Source: Chiloscyllium plagiosum
Taxonomy: Eukaryota
Length of the DNA stretch: 64,000 nt
NCBI RefSeq assembly: GCF_004010195.1
Contig: NC_057720.1
Span: 4,186,651-4,250,650 of the forward strand
Reading direction: 5' to 3'
Numbering within the stretch: position 1 is the first letter of the stretch; each line of letters begins with the position of its first letter. A model generated the notes under the pieces. It worked only from the letters and a program-made list of their open reading frames with translations, was not told where the DNA came from and ran no database searches. The translations under genes and the position numbers were made by a program. This document shows, in pieces, positions 41,381 through 53,569 of this stretch.

Positions 41381-44328
41381 AAATGGCTTATGTCTGAATC
41401 ATTGATTCTCTTGTTCCTCGGATGCTGCCTGACCTGCTGTGCTTTTCCAGAACCAAATACTCAACTATAACCTGGTGCTGTGTGATTTTTAACTTTCTAC
41501 ACCCCAGTTCAACACTGGCAACTCCAAATCATTGGAATTAAAATTCTAATGATGGCCATTGTCAATTATCAGGAAAATCCTGTCTGGTTCACTAATGTCC
41601 TTTAGGGAAGGAAACCATCATCCTCACTTCGTCTGGACTACTAGTGACTCCAGGCCAACAGCAATGTCAGTGACTTTTAAACTGCCCTCTAGAATCAGCC
41701 TGGCCAGCAGCACTCTCATCTGATGAATGAATAAAAAGACGTATAGGGGCAGTAGCTGCATGGGAACACTTGCAGGTTCTCCTTCAAACCACACACCATC
41801 CTGACTTCAGGCAAAATATTACCATTCTGTCATTGCTGCTGGGTCAAAATCTTGGATTTAATAGAACAGAACTATTTAGCAGTGGTGCCTTAGTCTCTGT
41901 TATTACATGGAATGTATAGGCATCCCAGATAAATTCATTGCCACAAAAGACTGTGGAGGCCAGGTTATTGAGTATTTTTAAGACTGAGATAGATAGGTTC
42001 TTGATTGTCAAAGGGATCAAGGGTTATGGGGAGAAAATGGGAGAATGGGGTTGTGAAACTTATCAGCCGTGATTGAATTGTGGACCAGACTCAATAGACT
42101 GAATGGGCTAATTTCTGCTTATGTGTCTTCTGGTCGTATCCTTGTCCATGTTTTGGGAGGGTATTTGCATTTTTAGTTGTGTGTTTGCTTTTGGGTTGGG
42201 AGCCAAGGACTACAATCCCAGAATGGAGTCAGGGTTCAGTGCAAGTGAAGGGCACAGTGAGAGTGGATTACACATGCTCAGTTTAAGGACTCCCTCTGAT
42301 ACCATACTTTACGGTTCCATGAAAAGAGTGGCCAGGGGACCTGGGGAGATGGAATAAAACTCGCTCAGGTGTTTGAGTTTTGGGTGCAAAAATTGGCCCA
42401 CTTGACAGTCAGATGATAGCAGCTGAAGAAGGGGGCTAACACTATCTACTATTTATTATTAATTCACAAGATGTGGGCATCATGAGAAATAAAAGCAATC
42501 TTTACAACAGCTAGGGATGGCAGATTTCCTCTCAAGGGCATTAATGAAAAAGATGGGTCATTACACCAATCAAATATTTTGTTACTTTTATAATTTACAG
42601 AAATTATGAGTGTTTTTAAACATATCAGTTGGAAGGGACAGGCCAAATTGAGCATACGCCCCTTAGAAAATGAAGCTGGGAAATAATATTGGGGAGCCAG
42701 AAATTGGCAGAGGAATTGAATAAAAATATTGCATCGGTCTTCACAATAGAAGACACTAATCGCAGTCTAAAAATACTAAATTAGTGAACTAACGTAATGG
42801 GTGGAAATAAGCTATCAATAGAGAAAAGGTATTAAGAGAAACTAATGAGGTTAGAGGCCAGTAGGTTGACTGAATTGATGGTCTGTGCCTTTGGGTTTCT
42901 TTTCTCTCTTGAGGCTAGTGAATGTGTAGAATTCTTTACCACAGAATGTAATAGAGTTTGGGACATTAAGTACACTTAAGATCAAGAGAGGCAATGTTTT
43001 AATGAAGGGTCATAGGGAAAAGGCAGGAAAATAGAGTTCAGGATTATCTTATCAACCATTATATCATTGAATAGTCAAACAGACTTGATGACTCAAATGG
43101 TCTAATACTGATCCTACGTCTTATGATCTTATGGTTTATTTGAGGTTACAATCTGACTATCCACAATCTTGTTGCTGTCATAGTAGGCTTGGAGTGGGGG
43201 AGCTGAATAACTTAAATCTGCTCTGAATTAATTGCTTTGCATGCATTGCAACTTCAAGATCATCTTTACCGAGGCTAATTTTCAATTCCAGAACTTATTC
43301 ATTTGTACGCAAATTCCACCAACTGCCCTGGTGGGATTTGAACTTACTCCCCAGAACAATAGCATGGGCCTCTGAATCGCTAGTCCAGTGATACAAGTTG
43401 GCGGCAGGAATGCAATAAGGTGGATTTTTAAACCACCAGCAGCTTGTATATTCCGAAGAGATTGTAGTATGAGAGATAAGGGAGACGCATGAGGAGAATT
43501 AGATAGTAGATTATTTCATAGCTTTTCCCCTAATCAACCTGTTCCAAGATTTTGTTATAGACCTTTGGAGCAGTTTAGATTTGAGCCTGGTTCTCCTGGA
43601 CCAGAGGCAGGGACACTACTACTGTGCCACAAGAATGCTAACAGATTGTTTTCATCTTTAACACTTGCATCAGTCTGTTCTGGGATTCAGCCATGGCTGA
43701 TCCAGTGATGGTGACCATCTTCTTTCCATTTGCAAGGACTTAAAGCCATGCCAGACCACAAGCCTCACTGCCCACCATCCCCAATAGCTGCTGCTACTGC
43801 CTGTGTTTGCATGTCAAATGTTCTGCAAGAGAGAAGTAAATTTGCCAGTGAACACATTGTTTGTGTAACATGGCTATCATAGTTGAATAGGGAGCAGTGA
43901 ATCCAAGGTGTAAGTTGCAGCACCTGAGTCCTTCACTAGTTTCAACTTTCTGAGGATGAAACAAATCTAAGAATTCAAGGAACTGCTCTTGATTGTTAAC
44001 GTTTATTGGGAGGTTAGGCTAGTGGTATAGCTGATGGGACATAGCATTTTGAAGGTGCATTCTTGGACTTTGAGCACTCATGGGAGGTCAGTGAAATTCT
44101 TGTTGTGCTACATCCAGTCCTCAGACTTTCATTGTTGACATTCACCAGCATCTGCTCCTCCAACCATCACAAGCTTTGCTAGAATATTTGCAAATACAAC
44201 CTTCATTGCTTCAACACAAAACTTTGATGTACTTCCTTCTTGCTTCGTAGTATAATTTTTTGTAGTCTTGTTCCTGTCAAATGTATCTCCACTTTATGAA
44301 ATGCAGACTGCCTTTAAGTAGCTGGAAA

Positions 44329-44392
44329 CCAGAGGTGTTCTCTGAAACGCTCTGCAAGTAGCCGGCCTGTCTCCCCAATATAGAGTAGTGCA
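44329..44392 (-). mobile_element. Tiny Neptune-type GIY-YIG fragment
   Basis: Translates ALLYIGETGRLLAERFREHLW, matching 10973-11008. Confidence 0.75.
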
Positions 44393-45660
44393 GACTAGCC
44401 TGTACTCATACCAATAGCTCATTATTTTGTGTCAGCAGCTGAACAGTACACCTCAGCCACATATTGCAGGTATGAAAATGAACAAGCGGCACGAGATGTG
44501 TGTTCTGTTTACGTCAGAAGTAATGTGCATGGATTAATCACAGGTCATGACTCCTCCACTTGTCTGACCTTATTTAATTTTGTGGGCATAAAGAGAAGTA
44601 AGGTTGAAGTGGGTCCAAACCCTTCATATGCATATTACTTCTGTTTACTAATTTGCTACAATTGTAGAGGCATGCAGAATAATTGACAGATACATTGCAC
44701 AAATAAGGCAGATATAGCTCATTATAAGTCTCTGCCCAAAAGGATGGTGAAGGCAAGAACCATCACAATATTTAAAAAGTATTTGGATGATGGCTTGAGC
44801 TGCCATTGCATTCAAGGTTATGGGGCAAATACTGGAAAATGGAACGAAAGTGGATGACTAGCACAGACATAATGGGCTGAAGACCCTCTTTGCATGTGGC
44901 AAAGTTTCAGGAAGTATCATGCAGGGTTTGGAATCAGTGTGGACAATCTCAGTCCAGAGGCAATGACAATTTATATTGCACGGGAAGAGGATGCAGATTG
45001 GTTAACAAATGGACTCTACTAGTCCTAAGAACTAGAAGCAGGAATAGGCAATTCAGGTCCTTGAGCCTGTTCTGCCCTTTAAAACAGTCATGGCTGATTT
45101 CATCTTGCACTCCATTCCACCCCTTCCAAAGCAGTCTGGGGTAGTGAATTGCCACAGATTCATGACTCTTCGAGAGAAGTAATTCCTTCTCATCTCTGTT
45201 TTAAATCCATCATCCCTTATACTAAAACTGTGAACCTTTGTTGTATATTGCCCCACAGGGGGAAACATTCTCTCTACGTCAACTTTGTTAATCCCCTTAA
45301 GCATCTTAGGTTCCTCAAATAGATCTCTCATTCTTCTTAGCTTTACGCAATGTAAGCTAAAATCTCTCAATGTCTCCTCATAAAACAAGATGCTCATCTC
45401 TGGAATTAATCCAGTGAATTTAACCTTTCACAGGAACATCCACAGAACCTGCCTTTGTCCCATATCCCTGAATACCTTAGTTTAACAAAAAAAGTCTATC
45501 TCAGATTTAAAATTAACAACTTATCTGGTTTCCACTGTTGTTAAGAAGACAGTTCCTAACATCTAGTACATTTCGCGTGTAGAAGCATTGGTAAGATCTC
45601 TCCTGAATGATCTAATCCTAATTCTCAGATATGCCCCCTCATTCCAGAATCCCCAACAAG

Positions 45661-45882
45661 TGGAACCTAATGTTTCATCTTTTGAATTAAACTAGTGAAT
45701 CTAACTTTTCATCTCTAGAATTAAACTAGTGAACCTGACTTTTCATCACTGAAATTAAACTAGTGAACCTGACTTTTCATCACTGAAATTAAACTAGTGA
45801 ACCTAACCTTTCATCTTAAGAATTAAACTAGTGAACCTAACCTTTCACCTTTGCAATTAAACTAGTGAACCTAACCTTCATT
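45661..45882. repeat. 34-bp minisatellite, about 6.5 units
   Basis: aattaaactagtgaa recurs at 45685, 45719, 45753, 45787, 45821 and 45855. Confidence 0.95.
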
Positions 45883-48800
45883 TTACAGGAGCAGAGGGAG
45901 AGGCAATAGCGAGGACCAGCACTCTGGCAGGAATATATTTGAGCAGCGGCTGAACTCGAGACACTACATGTGTACGGTCTCCCACCCGCCCTACTCCTCT
46001 AACTGAAAAAAAGAGGAATCTGTGGTGTGTTGGTAAGGCAAGGCTTTTCTGTTTACATTTCTTCCTTATCATGTGATTGGTTAAAAATTTCCTTACCGTT
46101 TTATTTATCTATTAACTGGTTATTTGAATAAGACCATGACAGAGAAGTACTAGAAATTATTTAACTCATAAATTTGAATAAACTAATTAACTAAGTAGAG
46201 ATGGCTGAGCAGGTGATGTGCTGTAGCTGTATTATGTAGGAGCTGGTGATCCCATTGTGAACGGCAGTGACCACATCTGCAGCAAGCATTGGTTGTTGGA
46301 AGAACGCTGACTCAGAGTTGATGATCTGGAATCTGAGCTTCAAACACTGCAGCACATCCAGGAGGGGGGAGTTACCTGGATGCTTTGTTTCAGAAGACAG
46401 TCACACCCTGTAGATGAAGTAATGCAAATTCAGTTAGTGAACAGGAACAACAGGATGTGATTGCAAGTGAGGCAGGTAGAGAGATCCTGAGTTCAGGAAT
46501 GGAGGAGCCTCAGCTTTTGACCTTATCCAACAGGTATGAGATGTTTGCTCCCTGTGTGGATGAGGAAAAGGGCTGCAGGGAGGATGAGCCAGCTGACCAC
46601 GGTACCATGGTGCAGAAGGCCATTGAAGAGGGAGAGCAAAAAGATAAGTGGTAGTTATAGAGGATTCTATAATTAGGCAGACATTTGGTATCGGATGCAA
46701 GCTGGATTGGGAGTTCCGCGTGGAGTGTTGCCTGCCCGGTGCCAGAGTGCTGGACATCTCTGATCAGCTTGAAAAGATATTGGAGTGGGAGGGGGAGGAT
46801 CAATTGTTGTGATTCACGTTGGGACTAACAACATAGCCAAGGGTAGAATGGTGGACTTGTTTGGAGATTATCGAGCACTAGGAACAAAATAAAGGAACAG
46901 GTCCTTAAGAGTCATGATCTCCAGATTACTGCCTGAGCCACGTGCAAATTGGCTTAGGGAAAAAGAAAATTAGGGAAATAAACACATGGCTAAGGGAGTG
47001 GTGTGGGAAAGAGTGGTTCCATTTCATGGGGCCTTGGCATCAGTTTTGGAACCGGGGGGGATCTGTACTGATGGGACAGTCTTCACCTGAACCGATGTTC
47101 TAGTGAAAAGGATAAATAGGGTGGTCACTAGGACTTTAAACTTGTGAATCGGGGGGGAAGGGAAAGGGAAAGCAACAAGAAGTATGATGATAAATGAAAA
47201 GGTAAGCAACAGGTTAGCATGTGTGCAGGAGAGTTTAAGTTCAAGGCAGACTATGAAAGAAGCAAAAAAGACGGATAACTCAGGAAATAATAGAGACGTT
47301 GTGAATAATGACAGTAAGAAAGCTAACATAAAGGTACTTTATCAGAATGCCCGTAGCATTTGTAACAAGGTCGATGAGTTAATGGCACATTTCATCGCAA
47401 ATGAGTATGATTTAGTAGCCATTATGGACACACAGTTACAGGATGGTCATGGCTGGAAGCTAAATACCCAGGGCTATCGGACTATTTGGAAGGACAGACA
47501 GGAATGTAAGAGGGGTGGTGTAACTCCGATATTCAAGGATGACATCAGGGCAGGGCTGAGAAATGATATAGATTCTATGGAGAATGAGGTTGAATCCATT
47601 TGGTGGAAATTAGAAATTCTAAGAAGAAAATGTCACTGACAGGTGTAGTCTACAAGCCACCAAATAATAATATCACTTTGGGGCAGGTAAAAAACAAAGA
47701 AATAACTAATGTCTGTAAAAAATGGTACGGCAATTATCATGGGGAATTTTAATCTACATATAGATTGTTCGAACCAGCTCAGTCAGGGTAGCCTTGAGGA
47801 GGAGTTTGTTGAGTTTTCTTGTACAGAATGTAATGGAAGTAACGAGGGAGCAAGCTATCCTAGATCGGGTCCTGTGTAATGAGACAGGAATAATTAATAA
47901 CCTCATGGTTAGGGATCCTCTTGGAAGGAGTGATCGCAGTATGGTTGAACTTAGATTACAGATGGAGAGTGTTAAGTTAAAATCCATTACCAGGGACCTG
48001 TGCTTGAACAAACTGGACTACAACAGAATGAGGGAAGACCTGGCTAAAGTAGACCGGAAACAAAGATTTTATGGTGGGACAGTTGATGAGCAGTGGAGTA
48101 CTTTCAAAGAAATTTTTCAAACTGCTCAGCAAAAGTATATTCCACTGAAAAGGAAGGACTGTAAGAAAAGAGGTAATCTATCATGGATATCCAAGGAAAT
48201 AAGGGAGATTATCAAGTTGAAAGAGAAGGCGTACCAAGTGGCCAAAAAGAGCATGAAACCAGAAGATTAGGAAAACTTTGAAGGTCAACAGAAAGCCACA
48301 AGAAGAGCTGCTAAGAAAAGTAAGATAGAACATGAGAAAAAAATTGCACAGAATATAAAGACTGATAGCAAATGAAAAAGAGTGGCTAAAGTAAATGTTG
48401 GTCCATTTGAGGATGTGAATGGGCATTTAGTTATGGAATATGATGAAAGGGCCGAGGCATTGAACAGGTATTTTGTATCAGTCTTCATAGTGGACAAAAC
48501 TAAGATGGATTGCAGAGAAAAGTGTGCAGAGGATTGTGAAACTTTGCAGAGGAACATAGATACATTGAGTGAGTGGGTAAACGTGTGGCAGATGGAATTC
48601 AACGTTAATAAATGTGAAGTTATACATTTTGGTAGGAGTAATAGTAAAAAAGATTATTACTTGAATGGTAAAAGTTTGCAGTATGCTGCTATGTAGAGGG
48701 ACCTGAGAATCGCAGAACGTTGGTCTGCAGGTACATCAAGTAATTAGGAAGGCAAATGGGATTTTGTCCTTTATTGCTAAAGGAATTAAAAGCAGAGAGG

Positions 48801-49419
48801 TTATACAGTCATAGAATCATAGAGATGAACAGCATGAAAATAGACCCTTTGTTTCAGCCTGTCCACCCCGACCAGATATCCCAACCCAATCTAGTCCCAC
48901 CTGCCAGCACCCGGCCCATATCCCTCCAAACCCTTCCTATTCATATACCCATCCAAATGCTTTTAAATGTTGCAATTGTACCAGCCTCCACCACTTTCTC
49001 TGGCAGCCCATTCCATACACGTACCGCCCTCTGTGTGAAAAAGTTGCCCCTTAGGTCTCTTTTATATCTTTCCCCTCTCACCCTAAACCTATGCCCTCTA
49101 GTTCTGGACTCCCGACCCCAGGGAAAAGATTTTGTCTATTTATCCTATCCATGCCCCTCATAATTTTGTAAACCTCTATAAGGTCACCTCTCAGCCTCTG
49201 ATGCTCCAAGGAAAACAGCCTATTCAACCTCTCCCAATAGCTCAAAGCCACCAACCCTGGAAACATTTTTATAAATCTTTTCGGAACCCTTTCAAGTTTC
49301 ACAACATCCTTCCGATAGAAAGGAGACTAGAATTGCGCGTAATATTCCAACCAATGTCCTGCACAGCCACAACATGACCTCCCAACACCTGTACTCAATA
49401 CTCTGACCATTAAAGAAAA

Positions 49420-49776
49420 TGAATGTACGTTTGCTCGCTGAGCTGAAAGGCTCATTTCCAGACGTTTCATCACCCTATTAGGTAAAATCTTCAGTGGGCA
49501 TCCAGACAAAGCACGCTGATGATTCCTGCTTTCTATTTATATGTTTGGTTTCTTTGGGTTGGTGATGTCATTTCCTGTGGTGATGGAAATGACATCACCA
49601 ACCCAAAGAAACCCAAACATATAAATAGAAAGCAGGAATCGTCAACAGTGCTTCGCTCAGAGGTCCACTGAAGATGTTACCCAGTAGGGTGACGAAACAT
49701 CTGGAAGTGAACCTTCCAGCTCAGTGAGCAACCTACATCCAGAACCTCAACCTGAGCTACAAATCTTCTCAAAACT
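49420..49776. mobile_element. Fold-back Poseidon-type PLE terminal-repeat element with two opposed hammerheads
   Basis: Inverted arms of about 150 bp around 49580; flanks cattaaagaaaa (49408) and cattaaaggaaa (49777). Confidence 0.85.
49664..49705 (+). ncRNA. Minimal hammerhead ribozyme
   Basis: TCCA-CTGAAGA-t-GTTACCC-agta-GGGTGAC-GAAA-ca-tc-TGGA: helix I and a 7-bp helix II pair up. A mirror copy lies on the minus strand at 49457-49498. Confidence 0.8.
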
Positions 49777-51043
49777 CATTAAAGGAAAGCATACTAAAAG
49801 CCTTCTTCACTATCCTATCGACCTGCGACTCTACTTTCAAGGATAGGACCTTACCATTAAGAGTATAAGTCCTGCTAAGATTTGTTTTCCCAAAATGTAG
49901 CACTTCACATTTATCTAAATTAAACTCCATCTGCCACTCCTCAGCCCATTGGCCCATCTGATCAAGATCAATAGGTTGATTCCGGAGTTGAGGGGGTTGG
50001 TTTATGAGGAGAGACTGAGTAGATTGGGATTATATTCATTGGAATTAAGAAGAATGAGGGGCATCATATCAAAGCGTATAAATTATGAAGGGAATAGATA
50101 AGATAGAAGTAGAGAAGACATTTCTACTGGCACATGAAACTAGGTCAAGAGGGCATAGCCTCACGATTAGAGGGAGCAAATTTAGAATTGAATTGAGAAG
50201 AAACCTCTTCACCCAAAGGTTGTTAATATGTGGAATTCCTTGCCTAGGGAAATAGTTGATGCTACTTCAGTATACATTTTTAAAGCTAATGTAGATTTTT
50301 TTTGAAAAGTAAAGAAATTAAGGGGTACAGTGAGGGAGCGGATGAGTTGAGCTGACTCCACGAAAAGATCAGCCATGATCTTATTGAATGACGGAGCAGG
50401 CTCAAAGGACCAGATGGCCTACTCCTGCTCCTAGTTCTTATGTTCTTTATCCCTGGAATTACACTAGTGAACCTACCTTTCATATTTGGAATTAAACAAA
50501 TTTTTCCCCTGTCAGATATAGAGTCAGAGATGTACAGCATGGAACAGACCCTTCGGTCCAACAGGTCGAATCCTTGTAAGCTCCTGCATACAGATCTAAG
50601 TGTCTTATGTCCTACAATTGTTCCACATTCATTAAATAGCATGCTTTTAAAAATTACTAATAACCCTTCTGTTTTTGCCGCTATTTACCTATTATTTACT
50701 ATCTATACTACTTAACTGTGTGATCTTCCTGTAATGCGCCCAAGACAAAGCTTTTCACTGTGCCTTGGTACACGTGACAAAGTTAAAGATCACATAACAT
50801 CAGATTATAGTCGAAAGCTTGTACTTCGAAATTAACCTAAGGACTATAACCTGGTGTTATATGATTTTCAACCTCATTAAAACAATAAACCATGCAATGT
50901 ATGAGAAACAAAGCTCACTCACTTCAATAATTTCAGTCCGAGACAAAAATCTGAAACAGTAGTGTCGTTTATTTGTACACTTGCAAGTGGGTGCAATGTC
51001 TAATGCCAGGTAAGGCAATGACAAATACACATCATATTCCTCA

Positions 51044-51584
51044 CCAGAACGAAGGACCCGATACCTAACATGAGCAAAACTAATGTAGTGTACAAAATAC
51101 CATGCAAGGACTGCACAAAACACTATATAGGACAAACAGGAAGACAGCTAACAATCCGCATACATGAACATCAATTAGCCACGAAACGACACGGCCAGCT
51201 ATCCTTAGTAGCCACACACGCAGACAACAAGCAACATAAATTCGACTGGGACAACACTACTATCATAGGGCAAGCCAGACAGAGAACAGCCAGGGAATTC
51301 CTAGAGGCATGGCATTCATCCACAAACTCCATCAACAAACACATCGACCTGGACCCAATATACCAACCACTACAGCGGACAGCTGAAACTGACAACTGGA
51401 AGCGGCAGGGACAGACCACTATAAACACCGGAGGAAACATCAAAGAAGCGCTTCGCAGGAGGCTCCCAAGCACTGATGATGTCGCCTAGCCATGGGACGA
51501 AACGTTTGCACCAAAAACTTCCAGCTCGGCGAACAGAACCATAGCAACGAGCACCCGAGCTACAAATCTTCTCACAAATTTTGA
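51044..51584 (+). mobile_element. Penelope/Poseidon-type PLE 3' end with an uninterrupted GIY-YIG endonuclease reading frame (51070-51489)
   Basis: NVVYKIPCKDCTKHYIGQTGR..IRIHEH...HKFDWDNTTII...REFLEAWHS; possible TSD atattcctca / atattccaca. Confidence 0.92.
51470..51509 (+). ncRNA. Minimal hammerhead ribozyme in the PLE terminal repeat
   Basis: GCA-CTGATGA-t-GTC...GAC-GAAA-cg-tt-TGC. Confidence 0.8.
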
Positions 51585-52179
51585 ATATTCCACAAACTTT
51601 CAAAATTTATACAATTTGAGCTTATGTCACTCATTTCCTTAAGACTGATCCCACAACTTCTGTTTATCCGGCCTTGTCCGTGACAAATGCCTATCTCTGG
51701 CTCCCATAAGGTTGATTGACGTCATCCCATCCTTTGCTTACCATTATCTACTCCCTCCATCTGCGCTGCCCCTCACAGCATCTTATTACTAAGCCCTTTT
51801 AATTGGGGTTTGTTCCTGTGTCCCCATACAAGTGGGAAAACAGATGTTTATACAGGCCTCTCTTCACAGCATTTTATCTAGTGCCTGTATTTCTACCATT
51901 GTTCTGTAATCACGTCTCATGCTAACATACCATTTTCTTTAATGGATTATATATTTCCTCATTCTTGCTAATTCAGCTCTCGGCCGAAACAATGCCAAAC
52001 TAATGTGAATTCATTTACTCTGTATCAAGAACTTATAATTGCAGAAATAACATTAATTCACCTATATCCCACAAATGGAAATTGTTATTCCCTTCAGATT
52101 TAGCATTTTCGAGCCTGATCTCCAGCATCTGCATTCCTTACTTTCTCCACTCTTGCCATCCTGTCCTGATTCTGGGCCA

Positions 52180-53170
52180 AAACACTGGAAAGGCGGGGCC
52201 GCCAGGCACGGGGGCGGGGCAGTCCACTGGGCCCCGGCTAAGCCAATCAGCGTCGGGCTAACTGGTTGGCGTGCCGACCGACGGACTCGGCCAATCAGGT
52301 TCCGCTTTAGATGAAGGCGCCGGCGTCAACTTGCTTCAAATGAAGCAGTGAAGACCGGGAGGGAGAGGTAGTTGTGATGGCTTTGCGACTCCGAATGTAA
52401 TTGGAGTGTGGTGATTAAAAAAAAAAATCGTCGGCGCTGGACTCGACGTGAGAGGAGCTGGCTTCCCGAAGCGGGAGATGTCGGACCGATGTAAGGGCAG
52501 TCGCTGAAAGGGGCGGGTGGCGAACCACGAAACCGTTGGCGGTTGGTTGAGTCTGGTCCGGGGCTAGGCCTGGTTGCCATGGTTTCCCGGCGAGACGCGC
52601 ACGCAGCTGGTGCATCTGTGCCAGTGCGCATGTGCGTAGCCGGGCCCGTTTGGAAGCAGTGACGCTTGCGCAGTGCCGGGCCCGGACTGCGACACTCTCA
52701 GATGTTACTTTTAGTGTAAGTTGCGGTGTTTACTCACGCATTAATCCAGGGCACTTTCAGCTCTGTGAAGGGTTTATAATTTTACAAAAAAAATATATTT
52801 TGGCTGTCTTGGTTGCATTGATCGCCTGCCAACTTGCAGATTGTTAAACCTGGCTGTGGAATTGAAGCATATTTTTTTTCCCCTCCCCTCCTTCCCATTG
52901 GAAAATTATTCTCCAAAACGGTTGCTTTCCGTAAAGAGGTAACGAACTTTTCTTATCTTTTTTTTTTAAAAATTGTGGTATTTCCGTGTTCCGACTGTGT
53001 GGGCGTGAGGCGGAGGTGTGGTTCTCATTGCAACAGGTGCTTCCGTACCTCGAGAATATGTCTGTATAGGTTGAGAGCGGAACGCGGGGCCGTGAACATA
53101 GCGAATATTCCCAGTAGGGAATTCAGCAGACACCCGGGAGTGGTGCGATCCTGAGGTTCCGGATCGCATT
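52180..53170 (+). promoter_or_regulatory. CpG-island promoter and probable non-coding first exon of an unidentified downstream gene
   Basis: Sharp CpG enrichment. GC boxes at 52192 and 52211; CCAAT boxes at 52243 and 52291; NRF1-like TGCGCATGTGCG at 52625; RFX-like GTTGCCATGG at 52573; GTAAGT donor at 52716. The downstream + strand looks T/G-rich, like a transcribed intron. Confidence 0.8.
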
Positions 53171-53364
53171 GCAGCAAATTAGCAGAATGCTAGAGAAATA
53201 TAGTTGAACCCCCCCAACTACGTGAAGGAGAAATGCAGAAGGCATAGAATCTAGTCTAAGCACTGCCATAAATAACTTTTTGATTGAAAAAGCTTTAAAT
53301 TCCTATTGAAACTTAAATTTTTACAAGGAACCCTCTCGCTGGTGATGCTGTATTTTAAGTATAG

Positions 53365-53569
53365 GAGAAAGTGAGGGCTGCAGATGCTGGAGATCAGAGC
53401 TGAAAATGTGTTGCTGGAAAAGCGCAGCAGGTCAGGCAGCATCCAGGGAACAGGAGAATCGATGTTTCGGGCATAAGCCTGAAGAAGGGCTTTATGCCCG
53501 AAACGTCGATTCTCCTGTTCCTTGGATGCTGCCTGACCTGCTGTGCTTATCCAGCAACACATTTTCAGC
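53365..53569. mobile_element. Young fold-back PLE-derived element with an intact hammerhead core (53479-53512)
   Basis: Near-perfect inverted arms of about 80 bp; perfect 14-bp TSD tattttaagtatag (53351, 53570). Confidence 0.9.

Larger units (their letters stand above)
45885..50447 (+). mobile_element. CR1 LINE with 5' UTR, ORF1 and internally deleted ORF2; carries a minus-strand HER1 insert at about 48805-49970
   Basis: ORF1-like LSNRYEMF; endonuclease motifs YQNARSICNK, DLVAI and TREQAILD; RT C-terminus; ttcttatgtt tail. Confidence 0.85.

Noticed and set aside
45661..45882. CRISPR-like periodic repeat
   Set aside because: The whole 34-bp unit repeats with no unique spacers, there are no cas genes, and the context is eukaryotic; it is a minisatellite.
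52326..52631. Minus-strand ORF with a good Kozak context (accATGg, MATRPSPG...)
   Set aside because: No recognisable homology or downstream exons; typical of chance ORFs in CpG islands, and the ATG lies within the RFX-like motif.
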